From Klebsormidium nitens (Eukaryota > Plantae > Klebsormidiophyceae), in assembly GCA_000708835.1 (NCBI GenBank), contig DF237303.1:1-64000 (forward strand): DNA of 64,000 nucleotides. The letters are read 5' to 3'. The notes beneath the pieces were generated by a model, which worked only from the letters and a program-made list of their open reading frames with translations, ran no database searches and was not told the origin of the DNA. Both the position numbers and the translations under genes were made by a program. Of the stretch, positions 39,390-50,000 are shown piece by piece (the stretch's first letter is position 1; the number at the start of each line of letters is the position of its first letter).

Positions 39390-42300
39390 CTAGAGCACAC
39401 GAAACGGCGATAAGTGACCGGTTCGGCTTCTTACTGTCGTTGGGGGCTGTGATCTGACGGGCGACTTGGGCCGCAGGTTCTCGATCTCGGGCGTGCTGCC
39501 AACCAGGTGCGGCGCGTTTTCTGGCACAGGGATCCCCCGGCCGCCCGCCCAAACCTTCCCGTCCTTGTCGGAAAACGACTTGATGTACGCCTGCAGAAAG
39601 GGATAGGCACGAAATACTTATACGTGAAGGAGAAACTGATGGAGTTCGCTTGTAAAATCAAGGTGGAAGCAAGATGGCAACAACTTTCCATCTGAGTCGT
39701 CGTTGCCACATGCCTTCGCTGCCGAAGTTCGAACCGACGGGACTGTCCGTCCAAACCCAAAAGCTGAACCGCGAGAGGAACGCTCTTTGGCTGACCCGCT
39801 CTTCCTGACAATCTAATCATTCACCCTTTCCAGGAGCGCTCGCACTTGCCCTTCACAGATTTGATGAAACTTGGATTGCACCCGCTCGCTTGAGGGGGAC
39901 AGCGAGTCCGAAGACCGGTGACGTCAGCGACCCACCTCCTTGTTGAAGTTGGATGACGTCAGCCCCTTCCCGACGGTGACCCAGCCAGCGCGGATGTTGT
40001 GGTCCTCGCCGAACAGCTCCAGCCTCCGCCGCCCTTGAGCAAAATGCTCCACAATGTGGTACAGCTCCTCCGGCTTGCGCGTGCTGCCTGAGAAAGAGGA
40101 ACATTGGTAACGTCAGGATATTTCAGAACATCTCACGACGTCATAGTGGACGTAGGCACCGAATTAGCAACCGTTTTCTAGCCGCAAGCCGCCCTCACGC
40201 AAAGTGCTCCAAAATGTGGTACAGCTCCTCCGGCTTGCGCGTGCCGCCTGGAAGAGACGAACATCGATGACGTCAGCATACTTGATGACCTCAAAGTGAT
40301 TTTACCATCAATCAGCAACAGAGGTCGGGTTTCCGCCAGTCCTGAGCAAAGGGCTACCACGATGTAGTACAGCTCCTCCAGCTTGCGCGTGCTGCCTGGA
40401 GAAACAGAAACGGAGATCCAGTCGCCGCCGCCCCTGTGCAGAGGGCTCCACAATGTGGTACAGCTCTTGGGCTCGCGCGTGCTGCCTGGAGGGAACGAAA
40501 TTTGGAGACGTCGAAATGGCATCACCATACAAGCCGTTCAAGTGTCGGCCGGGGCTGGGACACATTCCGAGCCGGTTGGGGTTTAGCTTCACCGGCTTCT
40601 ACATGCTGTCCGGGGAGGAACACAAAGATGAGGCGCGAACCGTCAGGTGTTTCTGCCTTTTTTGGGCGACCGATTCGCCGGGAAACAGCCCAACTACTAG
40701 GGCTTTTCGGCGACCCAGACCGCCGTCCTAGGCTTCATCACTCTGGGCCTGCTGTTCATCTTCTTTCCGCTGGCGCTGCCCGTGTTAAGAAAGGTTCCGC
40801 CGCTCCTGGTCCGAGAACCAAGAGTCGACAAGCGAAGGGCCTTCCAACCACGTCTTCTGATCCGTGCCCGCGCTACTCTGGGGTGCAACTCCTCTTCACC
40901 GTGCCAGAGGGAGAACTTCGATGTAGCGCCGACGTCAGCGCATGGCACGCCGCGTCCTTCCTGTTTTGCAATCCAGTTTACGACGGGTTCCGGCAAAGCT
41001 TGGTAGAGTCAGAACCTTGGAACGGCGTGGTTAGTCACAGGTTACGATGGGTGTGGATGCGAAGCACCTCCTCGCTGCAAATTCCCACCCTCACCATTCA
41101 TCCCGTCAAAGATCTATGAAACGGTTTAGCTCACCGTAGGCCGGCTCCTCCGAGATGATGATGTCAGTGTCCACGTTGGCATGGATGAGGTGGCCGTCCG
41201 TGCTCCGCCGCACTGTCCCCCGAATGCCCATCAGACAGTGCTCCTGCGGGGATACATTGAAGGTTCAAAACACGAAATACATATAACACGACAGCTTCAG
41301 AGCTTCCGGTACTGGCGCGTTCAGAGCTTCCAGAATCTCAGATGCTGCGCCCTCCGTCCCACAAAAGAGCGTCCTGCTCGAGGAGCGGAAATTCTGCCGT
41401 ACCGATGGCTATCTCAACTCCATTTAATAACCTACTTGTCTAAGCTCCGGCGTATCTATTCGTGAGATCACGAACTTTGGATGCATTTTGGATGCAGCTA
41501 CGCAACCGCGAGAATTTGCGATTACAGTATGGACCGCGCTTACCTTGGTGTGTTGCATGATGGTGGATTTCATCGTACCAGGCTCTGGTGGCCTTCTCGA
41601 CTACGTCTGGAATCAGGATTTACAGACTCTACAAACGGACTCGCTTCTCATTCTGGAAACAGAATCTGATCATTGCGCTCGCTGCTCAAGTTCAGAGGGC
41701 AATCAATGGGATGGAATAAGTAGTCACCTTGGTGTGTTGCATGATGGTGGACTCGTCGTACCGCGGCGGTGCCTGGTTTTCCCGGTTGGTCTTCAACCAG
41801 CAGATGTCCTCGCACCGCCGGAATCCCCACTGCACGGAACGGAACGGACAACCCTCGCGTCAGGAAGAACCTCTGACCGCGCAGAATCGACACAGAGCTG
41901 TATATGCTTGAGTCTCTTGAGTGGGGAGACACTGCGGCTCAACAATCTCTCGGAAAAGACCGGACTTGAAAAAACAATGGGGAGGGAAGTCGTCATGCAG
42001 GTAAGAAGAGGAGGTCGTCATGCGGGTAAGAAGCGCCCGTCGGACTCAGTTACCAGACGGGTCAGGTGACACGGCAAGTGGATCACGTGAGATCTGTAGT
42101 CTGCAAGATTCCCCTGTATGTATTGTGCACAGATGGAACAAGACGACTTGATGAGAGATGAGTTGTTCCTGTGCACATCAACCCGCAGAAACATCCTCGT
42201 TGAAGGAAGGGACATCCGCTATAACTATCACAAGCAGTCTTATCACCAAGACGACTTTATCGGTTCGTGACGAGACCCCACCTTTTTGAGGCAGTGTCGC

Positions 42301-45114
42301 CCCAGGTCCAGCCCCTCCCCATCGCCCACCCAAAGAAACACGAACGAGGGAGTGTCCGCCAGCGCCTGTTGAAGAACGGGCGCATGATTATTGCGCCATG
42401 ACACTCTACGTATCTTGGACTCCTTCGCAAACGCCCTGAACGTCTTACCAGTGTTCCGAAGCTCGGTGGGTAGTAATTTTGAGTATGAAAGCAGGATTCG
42501 ATAAAGCGTAACGACTTGGACTTGAATTTTGGACGTGGCTTCTGCGCTTCTGATTTGAACCACCGCGAAGAGCGACGATCTCTGAAAGACGGAACTAGTG
42601 GAGCGGACATCGCGTCTTTGCCTCTCCAGGATTTCCCGTCAACACGTATTAGCGGATTCCTAAGGTTGACAGTGTCGTCAAGAACCTGACGGCTTTGAAA
42701 AACAGAAACTACTCGTCACTTACAGCCTTCAAAAACAATCACACCTTTTCTCAAGTTTCCTTCTTGAAGACCTGAAGCAAGGCAACCCCTCACCTTCAGC
42801 TGTCAGGTCTCCAATCGTTTTTGGGTACTTGTCGGAGAATTTCCCTGTCTTCTGAGACTGCCGCCCAGAATCTTCTTCGAAACCGGTTAGGCTTGATGCA
42901 TTCGAGATCGAGTACCACGATACGGTTCTCGATACTCCCACGGACGCCGCTATGACCTCACCTCGATCTTGAGGTTCTCGATCTGCTTCCACGTCCACGT
43001 GGCAAGAGAGTCCCCCACCCCCGGCGCACGCCGCGCATACTCCTCCCATGGGGGGTCGATCAGGATGACGTCAAAGCGTGTCCCAAACACGTCAGCGGAC
43101 AGCTCCGTCTCGAGGAGGTCCATCTGGAGGTACATCGGGGGGGTGGCGCGCTCCGCTATCAAGCGGTCCTTGCGCTGGATCAACTCCTGCACGATGATAC
43201 CAGCACGACGTCAGCAACTGTTGGCAAACAAGTGCTGTGTCATTCGAACTCTTCACCTCAGCTTGAGGAGGCTTGGATCAGAAACAATGAAGGAAAAAAG
43301 CGCATCCTCTAGGGTCGTCCGGTCCTAGAGCCGAAACAATCGTCTGCATATTCTCTGAAGATCATATCAGCACACGACCAATTTCAAAGCCTTCGCGCCA
43401 CAAAGTTTCGGTGCTGCAGTCGGTAGTTCATTATCTCACAATATCCTGACTCCAAAGTGTGCATCTTGAAAAGGGTCCCACAAAGCTAGTCCTCCTCGTC
43501 ACGCCCGAGCCAAACGAGAAACAAATGCCTTAAGGAAGAAGACAAATAAGAAAGGAAACCACTCTCACCTTGAGCTTCGGATACTCCTCAAACCGATCCG
43601 TCAGATCGACGTCCCGGATAAAGTTCTGCGGCCGCATCCCGGTATCTACAAAGTGCTGCGAATAATCATTCTGCTCCCCCCTCGACGGCCCTCTAACCCC
43701 AGGACCCTCCCCCCTTCCCGTTCCTATCATCGGCCCCCCTTCATCTCCACCCCCCCGATCCATAAACGCGCCCCCTCCGGGGGGGAAGAAACCCCGTCCC
43801 ATGGGCATACGCGGCCCTCCCATTTCCATCCCATCCGGCGGCCCCCCCCGCCCCCAAAACGGGGGCATATCCGGACCCCCCATAAACGGCGGGCCCCCTG
43901 CAAACTCCGCCGGAAACATTGGCCGGGGGGGTCCTCGCCCCAGCCCCCGGCCCCCCATCGGCGGTATCCCAAACCCCCGACCTGGCCCTAACCCTCGTCC
44001 AGGCCCCCCAAACGGTGCCATTCCCTGGCCGGGGGGGCCGCCGAAACCCCCCCTTCGGAAGGGGCTAGCGGCATTCCGTTCGGGCCCATCTCAGGGGGGC
44101 CCATGAAGCCTCGCCGGAAGGCCTCCTCTCCGGGGGGGAACATTCCAGGGGCAAAGTCTCCTCTGGGCCCCCCCCTGGCACCTCCAAATTCGCCCGGGGG
44201 GCCTCTCGGGCCAAACATGTGCCCCCCCCTCCCCCAGGACTCGGAACCCTCCCAGAAAGGGGGGGCGCCATGGCCCCCCCACGGCTCCCGCCCCCTCCAA
44301 GAGTCTTGCGGCTCGTCCGAGTCACTGTCGTCTCGGCCCCGATCCTCGCGGTGGTGCCTTTCGCCTGTGCACAAAACAGAAAAAGCGTTCGTACACACGC
44401 GAAACATTACAATCACTCGGAAGGAAAAAGCAGCGCTGTTGTATGCAACTGCTCATGCTGACAGAGCATGTCACATAAAGTAAAGCCCGATCAAGACTCT
44501 CGTATTACAATCCCGAATCGGCTTTGCCTCCAGCAAGTCAGAAGGAGCCACGACCCTTACAACAGTTTGTGCTCAACACAATGCAAATGCTCCTGGAATG
44601 ACCGATGGAATGGAAGCGAGCTCTAGAAATGCTGGCACACCACAGCAAAGCAAGAAAAGTTGCAAAGCAGACTATAAGCAGCTTTGTCAGGCATGCGCCC
44701 ACTGGAATTGTTGGTCATATGCTAAGAAAGTTGACTGCAGAAAGTTACACAGAATCCACCGCACAATGGCTCTCGACCATTACCAAGAAAAAGCAGAAGC
44801 TGCTTGAAAGTAGATGACGGAATTTTGTTTACGTAGAAGCAAAGTCTAGAACTTTCCCCCAATTTGGGCAGCGACTCCGCACCACTGAGTAATCGCCGCT
44901 CACCTTTCTCCTTCTTCTTCTTTTTCTTCTTCTTCTTTGGCCCATCTTCTTCATGCCCGTTCCGCTCATCGCCCGAGTCATAGTCTTTCATCCTGTGGCC
45001 ACGCTCAGACCGTCCCTCATCACCATGATAGTACTCCGCTGCCCTCCCTTCAAATCTGGCGTCCGGGTACCCTGGAAAGGCCCCATAAGCATCCGGCGGA
45101 AACCGGCCATCCAT
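39390..45114 (-). CDS. METTL14: mRNA m6A methyltransferase complex subunit METTL14/MTB (MT-A70 family), 8 exons, ~626 aa after correcting one frameshift
   Basis: Exons 44904-45114, 43569-44364 (1 nt short near 44047-44064), 42962-43186, 42282-42365, 41728-41829, 41135-41243, 39936-40087, 39390-39590. MTB motifs: [105 protein letters not shown]. Confidence 0.93.
40087..40910 (-). repeat. Tandem array of decayed acceptor+exon-7-start copies in METTL14 intron 6
   Basis: ag|gcagcacgcgcaagccggaggagctgtaccacatt recurs with exon starts at 40087 (functional), 40247, 40395 and 40485. More degenerate copies lie near 40610, 40780 and 40905. Confidence 0.85.
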
Positions 45115-45147
45115 CTACCTAGCAAGCAGCTGTCAATTGTGGCCCTC

Positions 45148-45473
45148 TACCGTACGGCCAAGGTATGATTCCGAATGCTCAAAAATTGCAATTAATTTAC
45201 AGAATGCGAGCCCAAATCTTGTATTATTTTCCGGAATCCGACCATAAATCCGAATGATCTGAAAGGTACCCAGGTACCCTCTTTTCCCACCTTTGTAAGG
45301 GTACCGGTACGTACCTTCAGTACATATGAGCTTCAATATCGCTTTCCGAACAGGATTTGACCATTATTTTCCGTTTCCGAAAAAGCAGATTCCGAATGCT
45401 TATTTGGAGTTTCCAACTTTCCGAATGCAAATAATTATTTATTTATTCGGAATCATACCTTGGTCGTACGGTA
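45148..45473. mobile_element. Tc1/mariner-pogo-type MITE, 322 bp plus TA TSDs
   Basis: 29-bp inverted repeats including TA at 45148-45176 and 45445-45473 (taccgtacggccaaggtatgattccgaat), 1 mismatch. The interior repeats ttccgaat motifs. Confidence 0.85.
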
Positions 45474-45743
45474 TTATTACATCAATGCAGCGCTGCTGGA
45501 GAAGCCAGCCTTTGTCTTCAAGTCCCAGGGCCAACTCCTGAACTTGAAGCAGGCCACAGCCATTTTCAGCCTGCTGCCTCGCATTCATGACCTCCTTCCG
45601 AGTCAGACGACCCTGGCCCTGGATCGAAACGGCTTGTCTGCGCAATCGGCCCCTCATGAGCAGAAACTGGTTTGCCTATAAACCCCGTGGCAGTGTCAAG
45701 GGATGAAGGGAGGAGCAACGTCTTTTAGCCTAGGACGTCCTAC

Positions 45744-46081
45744 TACAGCATTTTCAGGGCATGCTTCCCGGTTGCGTTCGATAGATAGGGTGTATTTAGC
45801 CTAAACTTAGGCTAAGTTTAGTGTAAGTTTAGTCACATCACAAGATTAATTGACGTCATCTAAGAGAGTGATTGTGACACGTGGAAGAATCTGGCGCGTC
45901 AGATGGAACCTGTCCGGTGGTTCTACGGTTCGATGATCACCCCTGTTCTACTTTGGCGGCTGCTACTGCGGAAAGATGTTCGATGACGTCAAAGCAATAG
46001 CTGAAGTATAGCTAAAATTTAGTAACTAAATAGACCCTATCTATCGATCGCAACCGGGAAGCATGCCCTGAAAATGCTGTA
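45744..46081. mobile_element. Tc1/mariner-pogo-type MITE, 334 bp plus TA TSDs
   Basis: 56-bp inverted repeats at 45744-45799 and 46026-46081 (tacagcattttcagggcatgcttcccggttgcg...), 2 mismatches, with TA|CAG...CTG|TA ends. Confidence 0.88.
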
Positions 46082-46101
46082 TTAAAGGTGGCGACTGAAA
46101 C

Positions 46102-46267
46102 TACAGCTGTTTGCGTCAAACTTGCCATCGGGTTCCAGACTCTCGGAGAGTGGTTCCTGATCTTGGGCCGTTCGAGGCCTGCCTTGTCGTCGATCGAACG
46201 ATCCAGGATCAGGGACCATGATCGGAGCATCTGAAACCCGATGGCAGGTTTAACGCAAAGAGCTGTA
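46102..46267. mobile_element. Small hairpin-like MITE, 162 bp plus TA TSDs
   Basis: 38-bp inverted repeats (tacagctgtttgcgtcaaacttgccatcgggttccaga and its complement ending at 46267), 4 mismatches. Further inverted similarity lies inside (tggttcctgatcttgg / ccaggatcagggacca). Ends are TA|CAGC...GCTG|TA. Confidence 0.8.
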
Positions 46268-47091
46268 CCGTAGGCTTCTCGACGTCTCTGCCCGCTTGAA
46301 GAACGTCATGTACACTACCCAACACCTTGACATAGATGGTTATATGTAAACCCAGCACTAGGATTTCCAGCATCTTCGAATCAAAGAATGCCACGTGGAA
46401 AGATGATGCAATATCATTGGCTATACTGACCCGCCAGAATTTTAAATTCAAATTTGCCACTGTCAAACAGCACGACCGTCTGTACCTTGGAAAGCCCTAT
46501 ACATAGGGCTACCTAGCGGCTAGCCTAGGACTCGGAGCTGTTCCTAGACTTTGTTGGGTTCTAACTTCTACGTAGGTACCTTACCAAATTCCGCTTTGAG
46601 GTGTCTCCAGTTTCCAGAGTTCAAGTGTAAGCCTAGGACGTCTAAGAAAACAGAAGCGCACCACCGCCACCAGTTGACCGACCTCATCATTGGCTGTGAA
46701 GTCTGCTGCCATATGCATCATTTATGTCGTCTTCACAGGCCTTGAGCAGGTGCTCAGACGGCGAATGACTTTAATATCGTCGTTGCATTCTTGGTAGACA
46801 TGACCAGAAGGTAATTCGTGGATCGCTGAAGGGCATACAATCTGAGCAATGAGGGACCAAAGAGCGCTCTTCGGGATCCAGGGATAAGATGCGCCATGGG
46901 CTGACTACGTGGCGTGCAATACGAATGTTATCAAGGGTCAGATACACTAGCTACAGAGTCACACTGGCATTAATCAGGGCCTCAAAATCCCTCCCTGCTT
47001 TGTATGGTCCGGAGCAGGCTCACAGAGGTCAGGTAGCAGACCCCTTCAGGCTTCAGTAAAGGCAATCTGAAGCGAAAGCTGCCTTGCAAGC

Positions 47092-50000
47092 ATGACTGCC
47101 CCTGCCCTGAAAGTAGGGTCGGCAATCCCCGGCTACAAGGGCTGCTTCTCCATAGAATCATTCATCGAGCGGAAAGGGGTCAAGATCGGCGGTAAGCGAA
47201 AGCACGTCGTGTTGCGCAGCGGCTCTTCTGATGGACGCTCGGGGTTTGGCGATATGGTGGATGGGAGATCGGGGTTTGTCAGCAACACAATGCCGGGGAT
47301 GCGTATCCAAGCAACCCAGGCGTCTCCAGAGCTTCTCTTTGAGGGGCCCGGGCAAGCGCAGTATGTCATGAAGGTCAACCAGATCACTCTATTGCGCACA
47401 AAGTTCATGCATGAAGGTAAGAGACACTAGCTTTTGGCTATCAATTTGATTGCATTGGAACTGTCTTTTTGGGAAACGTCGATGTGTGCTCTGCTATTCC
47501 AACCAGTGATTGCTTAATTGGGAAAAGTTGCTCGAAGAAGATGGGGGTTGAAGATCTGAGCAGATTCTTTGAGGGTTCAAAAGGCAGCTCAAACTCTTGC
47601 AGTAATGAAGAGGCCTTTCTCTGCAAAACAATATGTGCGAGGTGCAGCTGGACTTTTTAGGCCTCTATGAACTGGCTTTACACCATCGGTGACAACTTGT
47701 GCTCTTCTAGGGACACGTGCAATGTGGCTTTTGTTGAAAGCCAGCAATTTTTGAGGCTTCGTTTGATTGACATATCTGAACTCAGCTTGGCTTTAAACGC
47801 CTAGCAAGGGATTCTGGACTTTTGTATGACAAGAGGAATAATGTATCCATTGTGGACGTTCACATCTGAGAATTGAGAACCAGGTGACTATGGAGCAACT
47901 ACCTTGCTTCAAGTTTTACAGCATTGAATTAATTTTTGCTCCCAAATAGGACCTAAAAGAGAGGCGGACATTTTTGATTCTGCAGGCAAGGCCACAATTG
48001 AAACTAAGGACATCAATGTGTATCTCACGACCACAACCCAGACGGACCTCTCCCGCCTCATTCACTGGATTGTGGACTTCAAAGGGAAGAAGAAGCCAGG
48101 AGCCACAGACCCCTGCAAGTCTTGCATTGCTTCGCACTCTGGAAAAGCGGCCAAGGAAGAGCAGAGGAAGAGGAAGAGGGACGAAAAGGAAGCCCAGGTG
48201 AGGCCCCACTATCCTTAACATCTGGATTAAGTCGAGTGTTTTTTATCATAGTCCCTCGTAGAAAGACTATTCCTGGTAGATAGGCACAAGGTGCATAAGC
48301 AAGGGGCGAAAGCATAGAAAGTAAGCTAGCTTGGCTCATGCACACACGCGCTAGATTTATGACGGCAGTATGACCGTGAATCTGTTTCGTGCCCTCAGCG
48401 TAAATCGAAGAACCTTCTCTGCAGCCAAAAAAACTCCTGCCAGTCCAAACTGGACCGGTCAAGACATCTAGAAAGTTGTGGCACTGTACAGAATAAGAGG
48501 GCCTCCTTTGAAAGTCAGGTGTTATCGAGCATGCAAGGACCTCTGTAACTGCCACCTGAGAGGAGTGGTTCTTCACAGTTCTGTTGCAATGCTTCGCTGG
48601 CTGCGGGTGGAGAGTCCTTGCTCCTAACGTCAATTCCATTTACCAAGTCCATAAGGATATCAAAATATTCAGTTGAAGGTGCTTTTGGCTTCTGAATCTC
48701 TTTCCAAAAACTAGTTCTCTGAGAATCTTTGTTCGTAACTAGCAAGCTGGAAATTCGAAACTGCAAAGCTTGGTTTGCAGTCCAAGAAAGAATCGTTCCT
48801 GACATTAACCCTGTAGTCCGTTGATGTCGAGGAACCTAACTTCAAGGTCCCTGAACAGAAAACGCATTATTCTCAGGGACACTGGAGATGCATCAATTGC
48901 AAAGACAACACCTGTTTCGCCTCCGGTTTATTGTTTCGGCGACTTTCAAGCTCTCTGTTGTCAGCAAACCCCGTGTAAGCACGGCTTTACTTGCACTTGA
49001 CCAGCATCCTTACGAAGTTCGAAAACAACCAACCTCCTCAACGTGTTTATTGACTTGGATAAAAGGGTTTAAGTTTACCGACTTTCATCGGCAGCTGGAG
49101 GAGGAGCGCAAGGCCAAGCTGCAAGTTCGGATGCGCAAGGAGGTGGAGAAGAAGAAGTTGGAAGATGAGAAGCGGGTCAAGAAGGAGACAGCGGATCGGC
49201 TCAAGAAAGTAGGTTACCCACATGAAATTTCGTAGATCTTGTCTTTCTTCGAGGTCCAAAACGTCTAAGTCTTGGGACTGCGTATTCTGCATTCCTCGTT
49301 GCTGGTGTTTGGGGATGTCAGTCCAGCGAAGTTGCCAAACGGTTCGTCAATCATGTGGGCATCCGCGTATCAGGCTCCAATTGCTGCATTCCTGTCTCCC
49401 TCTCTACATCAAATGATTATCCCGAAGACACCTGTTAGCTCCTGAATTCTGTCGTCACTCTGTCGCCACTTGTTCGAATCGAAGTGAAGGACCTCTACGT
49501 GCCCATTGTGCGTCTCTTCGGTGGGTCTTTCAAGCAGTGAGCAATCGCGGGGGCGACATGATACACGCTGGTCCCTGAATACAGACTTCGAAACCGTCAT
49601 GGCCGCTGGATTCGAGGCCAGACGGTTTCTCGTTTTTGCGTTGAAACTCTCAGTCAATCTACGGCAAGAATCTTGTGATGTGGTCTTCGTCGGAGGTCTC
49701 GTTATGTCCCACAAGTCTTATCATCCCGGCCTGTTTTGGAAGATGACTTTACGAACGGAGTTGGCTGCCTTTCCTGTGTCTCTGACTGCTTCATGAAAGC
49801 CGATCAGCCGCCTTTGATATAGTCCTAAGACGGCCCGATTTGAATGAAGTGTTTCTGGACAATCCTCCAAAATGCAATGCAAAGCAGCAGTGTTGTTTGG
49901 CTGCCTTCGCGAGCTGATTGTCTCAAATGTCCATGTGCGATCTTTTGTCAGCCACAAAGAACACAGGATCAAAAGCAAACATTGTAAGTTGCTAAAGTGT

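Noticed and set aside
42785-42815. Possible donor echo of METTL14 exon 3 (cctcacct...aggt.ctc.atc)
   Set aside because: The similarity is short and gapped, too weak to separate from chance by eye.
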